A program made the position numbers and the translations under genes. Below, in pieces: positions 34,846 to 43,095 of a stretch of DNA of 43,095 bases; the first letter of the stretch is position 1; each line of letters starts with the position of its first letter. The DNA is from a virus (Duplodnaviria; Caudoviricetes): positions 1-43,095 of the IMG/VR virus record IMGVR_UViG_3300049436_000042; one strand, 5' to 3'. Below the pieces are notes generated by a model. The model did not search any database and was not told the DNA's origin. It saw nothing but the letters and a program-made list of their open reading frames with translations.

Positions 34846-35088
34846 TTATCTATTTTGATAATCTGGAGATAACCAATCGGACCCCACCACCACCAACTTC
34901 CCATCCCGCTGCATCAGGCGATCATCAATGATCAGTTTCATGATGTGATGATAGGCCGCCGAATAACACATGCCAAAGTTTTTGGATACCTCCCGAATCG
35001 ACGGAGTAGGACCATCGTGATCATCGGCATACCCACAAATGTAATTGTAGATATCGTCGCTCAGGGCATCATTCCGCTTCCAGGCCAT
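34846..35088 (-). CDS. LexA-like DNA-binding domain only (wHTH)
   Basis: IYNYICGY...GPTPSIREVSKNFGM...AYHHIMKL; no peptidase domain. Confidence 0.7.
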   Translation of the reverse strand: MAWKRNDALSDDIYNYICGYADDHDGPTPSIREVSKNFGMCYSAAYHHIMKLIIDDRLMQRDGKLVVVGSDWLSPDYQNR

Positions 35089-35458
35089 CGTTCTCTTCTG
35101 CCCCCCTGCTGTGCTCTTCTGCCCACCCTACCGGATCAACTACAGGAAGATGCTGCCAACTGCAAAGTATTATTTCGCCCGGCTTGAGATATCTGTTCCC
35201 ATCGGGGAGAATCAACTTATTCGTGGTTATCCACACACGGAAACCGGACCAACGATCAAATGACTCGTACAGTGTCGTTTTACCGTGCCTACGGACTAAG
35301 GAATAAAGGCTAGGGCACATCAGTAAAGTTGGATCTGGTGGCAACTTTGGTTTACCGATCTGAGTCTCCAATAACTGGCGAGCTTTTAGCAAATCATCCA
35401 AATTAAACTGTGTCGGCTGACCAGTATGCGCAGTGGACGTAATGAGAGAATCACTCAT
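35069..35458 (-). CDS. Hypothetical protein
   Basis: Overlap-coupled within the - strand operon. Confidence 0.55.
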   Translation of the reverse strand: MSDSLITSTAHTGQPTQFNLDDLLKARQLLETQIGKPKLPPDPTLLMCPSLYSLVRRHGKTTLYESFDRWSGFRVWITTNKLILPDGNRYLKPGEIILCSWQHLPVVDPVGWAEEHSRGAEENDGLEAE

Positions 35459-35859
35459 CGCCCTATCCCTCGTGGTTTATGGATATCACTCCGCCGCGCG
35501 GCCCGCCGTTTGGCCTGCATATCACGGCGACTCCGCTCATACGCTTTCTGCTTCGGGCTGTCATCCATCATCGTCTTGAGACTCTTGAATTGAGCCTGGA
35601 TGCGCTTCATCTGGGCTTTAAATTCAGGGCTGTTAAAGCGTTCAGACTGCTCCTTGGCCCATTGCGTCAGTGGCGCGCTAATCGCCCTTGCCATCCGCAT
35701 CAAAGGCGCGCAGGCAACCAACATCTTCATCCGCTGTCCTACATACAGATGCCGACGATAATCCACCTGCCCGAATCGGTACGGATGATCGAGCAGGGCC
35801 CGCCGATCCGGCCCATCATCGTAATACCGTGGCCTTCCCATCTCATGGTAGATTTTCAT
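35455..35859 (-). CDS. Hypothetical basic protein
   Basis: ATGA overlaps at both ends. Confidence 0.6.
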   Translation of the reverse strand: MKIYHEMGRPRYYDDGPDRRALLDHPYRFGQVDYRRHLYVGQRMKMLVACAPLMRMARAISAPLTQWAKEQSERFNSPEFKAQMKRIQAQFKSLKTMMDDSPKQKAYERSRRDMQAKRRAARRSDIHKPRGIGR

Positions 35860-36161
35860 GATGACTTATCCTTGAGATTAGCGATTACCCCATCGAAATA
35901 GGCACGGCAGCGCGCCGCTTCGTCGTCAATAGCCTGGATGCGAGCCTGACGTATACGCGCGACTTCACGGTCAGTCTCCGCCATAATGCTATCGATTTTT
36001 TTCTGGTGGCGAATATCATCCCATGTTGACCATCCCATAAGAGCCGCCACGGGCAGAATGATCCACCCAACAGGGTTTAGTGGAGCAATCACGATAAGTG
36101 TCACCGCACCAATGACCATCAGCGCCACAATCACAAACTGCAAACCCCTGGATTTATTCAC
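35856..36161 (-). CDS. Two-TM membrane protein
   Basis: Two hydrophobic helices followed by a coiled segment. Confidence 0.6.
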   Translation of the reverse strand: MNKSRGLQFVIVALMVIGAVTLIVIAPLNPVGWIILPVAALMGWSTWDDIRHQKKIDSIMAETDREVARIRQARIQAIDDEAARCRAYFDGVIANLKDKSS

Positions 36162-36775
36162 GCCTGCCCCTCCTCAAACCGATGCCCAGCAGGATAAACA
36201 AGTCCATCGCTGCTAAGTTGCCATCCCCGCGCATTACTGAACGGATTGCCGCTGTAATCTGGTCGGGACGTTTGAGGAAACCGATCCTCAAAACCCGGCG
36301 CGATATCGTCCAAATCGTAAGACTCCTCTGATAAAACAGCAAAGGAGGCGAACTCGTATCCATTCCATCGGGCAATTTGAATTCGCCCAATATCCGCCCA
36401 TTCTTCATGAACCGGCTGTGCAAGTCGATCTTCCGCCAAACTCATAGCGTCGTCCAGACTCGTACTAGAGGCGATTAGATATTCCAATGGATACGAAAGC
36501 ACATCATAGGTATTATATTGAGCAAAGATAAGATACTTGGGCGGAACAAGGTTCGACTCTGATTCTGGACGAGGGGCAGGCGATACGATCTCAAAGAGCT
36601 TATTAAACTCCTGTTTAGAGAACGTAAAGCTTACATTATCAATGTCTACAAAAACACGACCGGGATTGTGATCAAACGCCCTCGCGACAACCCCGCGAGA
36701 TCCAGCCGGAAACACCACGGGATCAAGGCGACCATACACCAGTTCTTCTTTTGCAATGACAATACTGCCGATCAT
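36158..36775 (-). CDS. Hypothetical protein
   Basis: ATG 36775 after GGAGG. Confidence 0.6.
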   Translation of the reverse strand: MIGSIVIAKEELVYGRLDPVVFPAGSRGVVARAFDHNPGRVFVDIDNVSFTFSKQEFNKLFEIVSPAPRPESESNLVPPKYLIFAQYNTYDVLSYPLEYLIASSTSLDDAMSLAEDRLAQPVHEEWADIGRIQIARWNGYEFASFAVLSEESYDLDDIAPGFEDRFPQTSRPDYSGNPFSNARGWQLSSDGLVYPAGHRFEEGQA

Positions 36776-36785
36776 ATACCCTCCT

Positions 36786-36986
36786 CTACGCCACACTCGG
36801 CATCCATCCGCCCCGCTGGCCGCGACGCTGCACCACGCCGCGACACTCCATCCGTGCCAGCATCTTCCGTACTGTGCGATCATGCATCCCCAGCATATCG
36901 GCCAGGACGATGGTTCGCACTGGCCTTCTGCTCCGACGATACAAATCCTTAATTTGCAGCAGCAGCCACCGCTCCAGCGTGGACAT
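36786..36986 (-). CDS. Small winged-HTH protein resembling the HrcA DNA-binding domain
   Basis: IKDLYRRSRRPVRTIVLADMLGMHDRTVRKMLARMECRGVV...GGWMP; GGAGG RBS. Confidence 0.7.
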   Translation of the reverse strand: MSTLERWLLLQIKDLYRRSRRPVRTIVLADMLGMHDRTVRKMLARMECRGVVQRRGQRGGWMPSVA

Positions 36987-37782
36987 GAGTCCTCCCGATC
37001 ATACCATCATTTTTGCCAGCTATCGGCCATCGTTCGGCCAATCGAATGAGCATCTCATTGGTATACGGTCTAAAGTACCGCCCCCACGAACAGAACGCAC
37101 TGTCCCCGCCCCATCCCACACTCGGCCAATACTTTTCCTTGCCCGTCCGATTCAGCGCCGGATGCCACTGCGACTCGCGCAGCCGCTCCACCCCGCTCGG
37201 ACCCTCATTCTGCCAGGCACGGTAGGTCTGGACACTGCGGTAATACGGCGCGATGAAGGGAATACCCAGCAATTGGTACACGTCGCTTTCTTCTGGCGTT
37301 AGGAGGCGCTTCTCGCCGCGCCAGATCCAGCCATCCGCCATGCGCAGATCGTTGGGTAACAATCCACCCTGCCGCCGCTGCGTGACGAGGTATTGATTCG
37401 CGCCGCCTTTCCAATAGCTCTCCGGTTTACCCGGTCCCGTCCTCAGCACATGGATCAATCCCCATTGCGATGGGCAGGTCACGAACAGATCCACCGGCAC
37501 ACCCTGGAACAACATGGCCCGATAGCGGCGCGCCCACGCAATAGGGCTGCCATTGCTCTTGAGTCGCTTCTCGACGATACCCTTATACAACCACTCGTCC
37601 ACGGCCTGATACAGCGCCTCACCATCCGAGATCGCGATCAGTTCAAGGTCGCCCACATCCACCGATCCCCGTCGCAGCGACCCGCCGACCGCGATCCGTT
37701 TGCACGCGGGCTGAAGCTGCTTGATCATCGTCCCGGCCAGCGCCGCGCCCAGATCCCAACTCATCCGCACCCCGTCACTCAT
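36949..37782 (-). CDS. Minimal family X DNA polymerase / pol-beta nucleotidyltransferase
   Basis: GGSLRRG...GDLE, PVDLF, RTGP and EESDVYQLLGIPFIAP motifs. Confidence 0.85.
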   Translation of the reverse strand: MSDGVRMSWDLGAALAGTMIKQLQPACKRIAVGGSLRRGSVDVGDLELIAISDGEALYQAVDEWLYKGIVEKRLKSNGSPIAWARRYRAMLFQGVPVDLFVTCPSQWGLIHVLRTGPGKPESYWKGGANQYLVTQRRQGGLLPNDLRMADGWIWRGEKRLLTPEESDVYQLLGIPFIAPYYRSVQTYRAWQNEGPSGVERLRESQWHPALNRTGKEKYWPSVGWGGDSAFCSWGRYFRPYTNEMLIRLAERWPIAGKNDGMIGRTHVHAGAVAAAAN

Positions 37783-38017
37783 GGCGCTTTATCCCCCCCG
37801 TACATGAGATATGTTTCTGGCAGTTCTTCCAGGCTGATGTCGATACGATCCAGCGCTGCCCGGATGCATTCCCCGGTCACAATATCCATCTCGCCTTCAA
37901 GCGCATCATCCAGATCGTGCTTTATCATTTCCAGCCCGGCCCGCAGAGTCTTGATCCGCTCGCGCAGTCGCCTGTTAACTAGTTCCAGATGTTGAGCATA
38001 ATCAGTGCTCGCCTTCA
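37779..38017 (-). CDS. Small coiled-coil hypothetical protein
   Basis: In operon; likely starts at MKASTD (start approximate). Confidence 0.5.
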
Positions 38018-38268
38018 TTGTCCGCCGCCTTCCGCCGCTCCATCCAGGCTTCGATCTCAGCGATATACCCCTCGTGTGTAACCGTCTCGTTAGTCGCATA
38101 AACAACCGCGCCGCCGCTATCCGGCCCGCCCGTGATAATGGAGCGCAAGCCGCCGCGTTCCAGGTCGATAATCAGGTTGTGCAGCAGGCTTAAAACCGCC
38201 TGCTCCGTATCGCCGCCAATTTTCAAGGCTAAAACATGCCGCCGTTCTGGAATTTGTTGGTTGTCCAT
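38002..38268 (-). CDS. Hypothetical protein
   Basis: AAAGGTG RBS; preceded by the 16-bp palindrome. Confidence 0.65.
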   Translation of the reverse strand: MDNQQIPERRHVLALKIGGDTEQAVLSLLHNLIIDLERGGLRSIITGGPDSGGAVVYATNETVTHEGYIAEIEAWMERRKAADNEGEH

Positions 38269-38333
38269 ATCAACACCTTTTGCAATTTTTATTGCATATA
38301 TAATAAGGAGGGATTAGCTCCCTCCTGTTGAAC

Positions 38334-39452
38334 TTACGCCTTCGATGGAGCCGGCTGATACTCTGCCATCTTTTTCATCACGGCGAGAGTCATTTTGCAA
38401 TCGGCTACCGCGCTATGGGCTTGACCTTCAAACTTCAGGTCAAAATACGAAGCGGCTGCCTGCAACTTCTGCCATTTATAGTTACCGCGATAGTCATTCC
38501 ACTCACCATAGAAGGCCGCGAATTCTTGCATCACGCAGTCATCCCCGCCCCAAGTCATCACCTTCAGATCGTGCTTGACGCAGACCTGATTCAGCATCCG
38601 GCAATCGAAGGGGGAATTATAGGCAACGAACTTTTTTCCGGTCAGCGCTGCGCAGATTTTCTCATGCACTTCAGGAAAACTCGGCGCATCCTTCACAGAT
38701 TCATCAGTAAGCCCGTGCCAGGCCGTATTCGTGATCGGCTTGGTGGGCTTGATCAACTGGTCCAGGATGACATTACCGGCAGGATCAACAATCCCGATCT
38801 GGATAATCTGATCGTCCATCTCTAACCCCGTGGTTTCGGTATCCACCACGACAAAATTACCCTTCGTCAGCAGATCCCGCGCCCACTGCGCCGCCGCTCG
38901 CTTATCCCGTTCCAGGTCGTCAATCACTTCCTGGACATTTTCGACCGTGGGCTTCTGCGCCAAATGCGGCTGCGACATATCGATCAGCCCTAGATCATCA
39001 GGCTCTACATAAGCGTCAACGAGGGGTGCAGCCAACGGCGATCCCGGTTCGCTGGGAGGAGTATTGAGATCTTTACTGAACGGATCATTGGAGGCGAGGG
39101 CTTCATCCAGATCAGAACGATCCAGGCCATGAATTGGTTCGTTCAGATTGGGCGGATCTTCATCATCGTCTTCATCAACCCAATCCAGATCGGGCTCTTC
39201 CTCACTCACGGGCAATGTATCAACCCTAATCAACAATTCCCACTCGATCACCGTCGCGCCGTTGTGACAGTGGATCGCGATCACGTTTTCGATGTTTTCA
39301 TGCAGGGTGATGGATGCGCGAGGACCGCGCCATTCGAGTACCACCTTGCCGCTAGGCAGCACGCACCCCGCCGCGACGACTCCCGTTCCACTAATGCCGG
39401 TGGGATCTGTCTTGCGGTTCAACTTAAATAATTTCATTTGCTGTTCGTTCAT
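38334..39452 (-). CDS. DEDDh 3'-5' exonuclease with an extra N-terminal domain
   Basis: VDTETTG, AYNSPFD and HSAVAD; N-terminal DPTGISGTGVVAAG domain plus an acidic linker. Confidence 0.9.
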   Translation of the reverse strand: MNEQQMKLFKLNRKTDPTGISGTGVVAAGCVLPSGKVVLEWRGPRASITLHENIENVIAIHCHNGATVIEWELLIRVDTLPVSEEEPDLDWVDEDDDEDPPNLNEPIHGLDRSDLDEALASNDPFSKDLNTPPSEPGSPLAAPLVDAYVEPDDLGLIDMSQPHLAQKPTVENVQEVIDDLERDKRAAAQWARDLLTKGNFVVVDTETTGLEMDDQIIQIGIVDPAGNVILDQLIKPTKPITNTAWHGLTDESVKDAPSFPEVHEKICAALTGKKFVAYNSPFDCRMLNQVCVKHDLKVMTWGGDDCVMQEFAAFYGEWNDYRGNYKWQKLQAAASYFDLKFEGQAHSAVADCKMTLAVMKKMAEYQPAPSKA

Positions 39453-39519
39453 TGCCCTTTTCCTTTTCACCTGGATATATCCGCGCCTATTCTTGGTCTT
39501 GATTCGTGTAGTCCACCAG

Positions 39520-39708
39520 CTACCCCTCACCAATCAAATAACGGTGGTTGAATATCGGCCTGGTCTCGTCGAAACACATGACCGCACTTTTTACAGGAGA
39601 GCTGCTTACCCCCCCATTTTTTACCCGCCGCCCACAGCCGGGACAGAAAAACAACAAGCGGCACGCTGGGATCTTCTGAGTCTGGAATAGCTCCAGTTGA
39701 CCGGGCAT
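39520..39708 (-). CDS. Small Cys-containing protein with a QLELF motif
   Basis: TAATG overlap with the parB stop; CPGC. Confidence 0.5.
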   Translation of the reverse strand: MPGQLELFQTQKIPACRLLFFCPGCGRRVKNGGVSSSPVKSAVMCFDETRPIFNHRYLIGEG

Positions 39709-40541
39709 TACTTCTCCCCCCATTTCCCGCGCAGGATATCAACAAACTCATCCACCTGCGACGCATAGGTACACTCATCAATTCGATCTAGGGCATCGCT
39801 GATATTCCTCAGATCGCTGAGGATCTTACGTTTCACCTTGCTGGGTGCAGGCCCTTTTTTGGAACGCTTTTTATTTGCCATTTTGATGGCAGAAACCTGC
39901 ATGTTTTGGCCGTTTTTTGTTCGCGTATCTTCACTCACTGGTAAATGCTTTCCAGTGCTGCCAAAATACTCCGCTTTCCAGCGCCCAACCGTGGGATGAG
40001 TCACGCCCAATTGTTCAGCCACCGCCCGGTCAGAAAGTCCGATCCATTCATGACCGCGATCCAACCGTCTGAATAAAACCGCCTTCAGACTCTCGGTGCT
40101 CAAGCGCTGACCATGTTTGAGATTCGCTGTCTCGGCATACTCAAACGCCCCAGCATACCCGCCTGGATGAATCTCAGCCTTAATCACATCAAGACCGGCG
40201 CGCCGGTGAGACTCCAGCCGGTGGAACCCATCGGCCAGGATGTAAATCTCCTGGCCGCTCTCATCGATGTCACGAAAAACAACAATGGGCGGAAACTCTT
40301 TCCCGCTTTCAAGCGCTTCGGCCCAGGCCGTCACTTGGTCCTCATTCAGCCCTTCCAGGCGCACCTGGATCTCAGGTCGAACAACGATCACATCCAGCGC
40401 CAGCGGTCGCACAATAACCCGGCTCTCATCGGCAGCCTGAAGCCCACCAAAGAGTTTGTTGTCTACATTCGCCAGCGAGTAATCCTGTCCGTTGCCGAAC
40501 GCATCCGCCGCCTTGCTCCGATCCCGCCGATCAGCCATCAA
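39708..40541 (-). CDS. parB: ParB/Srx-domain protein with HTH
   Basis: FPPIVV...LADGFHRL; SDRAVAEQLGVTHPTVGRW; coupled to parA. Confidence 0.8.
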   Translation of the reverse strand: MMADRRDRSKAADAFGNGQDYSLANVDNKLFGGLQAADESRVIVRPLALDVIVVRPEIQVRLEGLNEDQVTAWAEALESGKEFPPIVVFRDIDESGQEIYILADGFHRLESHRRAGLDVIKAEIHPGGYAGAFEYAETANLKHGQRLSTESLKAVLFRRLDRGHEWIGLSDRAVAEQLGVTHPTVGRWKAEYFGSTGKHLPVSEDTRTKNGQNMQVSAIKMANKKRSKKGPAPSKVKRKILSDLRNISDALDRIDECTYASQVDEFVDILRGKWGEK

Positions 40542-41304
40542 TCAAGGCCTCCACCCGGTCGACCAGTGCCCAGGCCTGAGCCGCTGCATCGCAGCGCGGA
40601 TCATGGACGAATACAGGCACCTGGTACGTGGAAGCCTCTGCCCAGGCGATCCGCTCCGTGATGGGCTCCCAGACCAGATCACCGAATTTCTGCTGCAAAC
40701 TTTTCAGATTCTCTGAGTGTTCGATGGTGGCCGCGCGGTAACGAGTTGGGATGATCCCGCCGATGCCGATGTTGCGCATACCCTGCGCGGCGTCCAGGTG
40801 GGTCATGGATTCGGCTAGACCATCGAAGCTCCAGAACTCGCACAGCGTAGGGTACAGAATGATATCCGTCGCCATATAAATCGCGCCGTGCAGCAGGTTC
40901 GGTGTGGGCGAGGTGTCAATCAACACCACATCAAACATGCCCAAAATCGGAGCCAGCCGTTTAGCGACCGCGTAAGCATCCGAAATGCTGTTCGCGATGT
41001 TCCGCGTTTCGACATTGGAGCCGATGATTCCCAATGTACTCTCTCCGGCGCAGCCGTACCGCTCTGCCGGAATGGGCTTGATCACATCCGTCAACTTGGC
41101 ATCGCGCACCAGCAGGTCATACAGGCCCGGATACTTCGCCAGCCCGAATGCGCGGGTGGCATGGCCCTGGGCATCGGCGTCGATCATGAGCACGCGATAT
41201 CCGCGATGCGCTAATCCCGCCGCGACGGTGACGGTAGTCGTAGTCTTTCCTACCCCGCCTTTTTCGTTAATGATCGTGATGATTTTCGCTATGAGATTTT
41301 TCAT
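40531..41304 (-). CDS. parA: ParA/Soj ATPase
   Basis: Deviant Walker A KGGVGKTT, IDADAQG and IDTSP. Confidence 0.93.
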   Translation of the reverse strand: MKNLIAKIITIINEKGGVGKTTTTVTVAAGLAHRGYRVLMIDADAQGHATRAFGLAKYPGLYDLLVRDAKLTDVIKPIPAERYGCAGESTLGIIGSNVETRNIANSISDAYAVAKRLAPILGMFDVVLIDTSPTPNLLHGAIYMATDIILYPTLCEFWSFDGLAESMTHLDAAQGMRNIGIGGIIPTRYRAATIEHSENLKSLQQKFGDLVWEPITERIAWAEASTYQVPVFVHDPRCDAAAQAWALVDRVEALIDG

Positions 41305-41305
41305 G

Positions 41306-42592
41306 TTACACTGCCTCCTGTGTGTGTACTGGGCCAGATCTGCTTTCGAGCAGCTTTGGCCCAGTGCCATTAAAAGCCGCGTTTTGCGACTCAACAAAAC
41401 GAATCGTCCACCCCTCATACAGCTCTCGCCGCATCTCCAACCAATCGCCTGCCGCCCGGCTGGCCTCGATAGTCAACACGCCGCCCTCCCAGGACGCCAT
41501 CTTGAGCCCGCCAATCATCTTGGCGTAGATGACCGGGTGCACCTTGCCCCGGATCTGGCTGGTAAAAGTTTCCCAGGCCGCGCGCGGATCGAGCTCTGCC
41601 GACAGGGGGTCTTTCTTCTCGTCGGAGTCGTTATTTGCAATTTTTATTGCAACCGGAGCGCTCTCGTTGTCCCAGTAATCCGACCCCGCCGCCTCATCGC
41701 GATCAACCGCCAGCCGAGTCACGATGCTGGCGATATACGCCATTTTGAGCACGTTATGGACAACCGCCTCTTTGATCGCATCTTCAACTAGATCCGATCC
41801 AAAATCAGATTCCAGGGTCATCAATTCAGACAGCAGCAGCGGCGATAATTCGCCGATATTTTCGCGATACAATTTTTCATTGACAGGGTGGGGGGACTCT
41901 ACTGCTGCTGCTACTGGTTGATCTACTGATTCTTCTACTGCTTTAATTACTGAAGAATCTATATATAAGGTATCGGGGGCGCGCGACGCCCCCACCTGGG
42001 GTACATGACGCCCCTGTGTAGGGGTACATGACGCCCCCACCTGGGGTACATGACGCCCCTGTGTAGGGTACATGACGCCCCCATCCACGGGAGCGCGACG
42101 CCCCCACCTGATCAACATGAATTGCTGCACGAGAGAGGGATCGCAAATCGGCTCAAACGGTAGTTTCGGCGGCTCCGAATCAACCGGATCGGGCTCATTC
42201 AGTCGCAGCCAGTCCGGTTGCAGATGATCCGGGATCTTCTCCGTCAGGCGCTGGTAATCCAAGGCATACCACTGGATGCCCTCGCGCGGCTCAAATCGCG
42301 TCAGGACAATGCCTTCAGCCTTCAGCCGTTTCGATAACCGCTTAATCGACGACAGCGCGCAGAGTCCGGGCAGCTCGTCAACCCACTCCGCCTTGCTCTT
42401 GTGCATCCACCAGCGGCCCTCTTTAAAGTGGCTGTCGTTTTTATCGTGCAGGCGGTTGTACTCGGTCCAGAAATGAATCCGCTGGATGAACACGGCAGCG
42501 CTGAATCCAAAACGCTCTACCAGATACGGCGACACGCTGATTTGTTTTTCATCGACCAGGGGACGAACCTGGATGTTTTCTTTTTTAGCCAT
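41306..42592 (-). CDS. Replication initiator: wHTH, DnaD-like and DnaA-N-like domains
   Basis: N-terminal wHTH (GRWW..KS..EW); LYRENIGELSP...AIKEAV...AYI (DnaD-like); AAWE...VLTI...DWL (DnaA domain I-like). Confidence 0.75.
   Translation of the reverse strand: MAKKENIQVRPLVDEKQISVSPYLVERFGFSAAVFIQRIHFWTEYNRLHDKNDSHFKEGRWWMHKSKAEWVDELPGLCALSSIKRLSKRLKAEGIVLTRFEPREGIQWYALDYQRLTEKIPDHLQPDWLRLNEPDPVDSEPPKLPFEPICDPSLVQQFMLIRWGRRAPVDGGVMYPTQGRHVPQVGASCTPTQGRHVPQVGASRAPDTLYIDSSVIKAVEESVDQPVAAAVESPHPVNEKLYRENIGELSPLLLSELMTLESDFGSDLVEDAIKEAVVHNVLKMAYIASIVTRLAVDRDEAAGSDYWDNESAPVAIKIANNDSDEKKDPLSAELDPRAAWETFTSQIRGKVHPVIYAKMIGGLKMASWEGGVLTIEASRAAGDWLEMRRELYEGWTIRFVESQNAAFNGTGPKLLESRSGPVHTQEAV
41979..42110. 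repeat. Iteron array (putative origin) inside the initiator gene
   Basis: Four GGGTACATGACGCCCC units plus two GCGCGACGCCCCCACCTG variants at about 21-22 bp spacing, next to AT-rich 41940-41972. Confidence 0.8.
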
Positions 42593-42688
42593 AATATGCT
42601 ATCCTTTTAGTAGCTATCCAGAAGGGGACGCAACCCCGGCGTCCCGAAGAACACCCGCCGCCCGCCTTTACCCAGCGGGCGTGTTTTT

Positions 42689-43004
42689 TTAGCCAATGAG
42701 TTTCCAGCTATGGATCGTCACCACGCAGTCCCGCGCTTTGATCGGCATCCCATGCTCGCGCAGTGCCTCGATCACCGCCGCTTCCGGCGCGTTAAACTTC
42801 TTCATAATGTGCGCCACCAGGCGGTCATACTTCTCATGCGTCAGGCGCTTCAGGTCCAGCATAAAAACAGGATGCTCACCTTCATCACCCAGTTCCGCCA
42901 TCACAGCATACGGAAACTCAATCGGCACGACTGGCGTACCGAAGACCTCGATAAATTCCTGGGCCCGTTCGCCCATCACCGTAGCGGTAAAAACATCCGA
43001 CATA
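42689..43004 (-). CDS. Hypothetical protein, first gene of the replication block
   Basis: GGAGG RBS before MSDVFT (start approximate); divergent from int across the circular junction. Confidence 0.65.
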
Positions 43005-43095
43005 ATTCCCTCCTGCGGTTGCAAAAACTTTTGCATTAATCCAGACTTACAGGTGGTTTGTTACCCCTGTAAAAAATGGAGATCACTATGATTAC
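42969..43095. repeat. Terminal direct repeat, right copy
   Basis: Identical to 1-127. Confidence 0.95.

Larger units (their letters stand above)
1..43095. mobile_element. Complete temperate siphophage genome, circular/excised form
   Basis: Integrase with an intact attP, terminase, portal, capsid, tail tube, tape measure and replication genes; ends overlap; no tail sheath gene seen. Confidence 0.92.

Noticed and set aside
41979-42110. CRISPR-like array
   Set aside because: Units are about 21-22 bp with only a few, repeated intervening bases, lie inside a CDS, and no cas genes are present

Overview
The window looks like a complete, circular temperate siphophage genome of about 42,968 bp. Bases 1-127 are repeated exactly at 42969-43095, which is most simply an assembly overlap. 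Protein architectures suggest a Chloroflexota (Anaerolineae-like) host, but this is inference only. Gene order: tyrosine integrase; attP carrying the 3' half of a tRNA-Pro; a secreted protein; a ribbon-helix-helix (RHH) repressor with a symmetric back-to-back promoter switch; a + strand operon of mostly unknown early genes (2.7-9.5 kb); a long - strand late operon (terminase, portal, head, tail, atypical lysis genes); and a - strand replication block (initiator with internal iterons, ParA/ParB, DEDDh exonuclease, minimal PolX). The most notable observations are five. (1) The head module interleaves two glycosyltransferases and a methyltransferase with capsid genes, and fuses a 2H phosphoesterase to the prohead protease/scaffold, separated by candidate protease sites. 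(2) About ten copies of a 16-bp palindrome, TGCAAW-N4-WTTGCA, are dispersed over the genome, inside and between genes. (3) A densely structured non-coding leader of about 540 nt, ending in a terminator, precedes the late operon. (4) A clan GH-A glycosidase occupies the endolysin position. (5) The tail chaperone appears to use a +1 frameshift at TTT-CGT. All calls come from reading the sequence by eye; no searches or folding programs were run.
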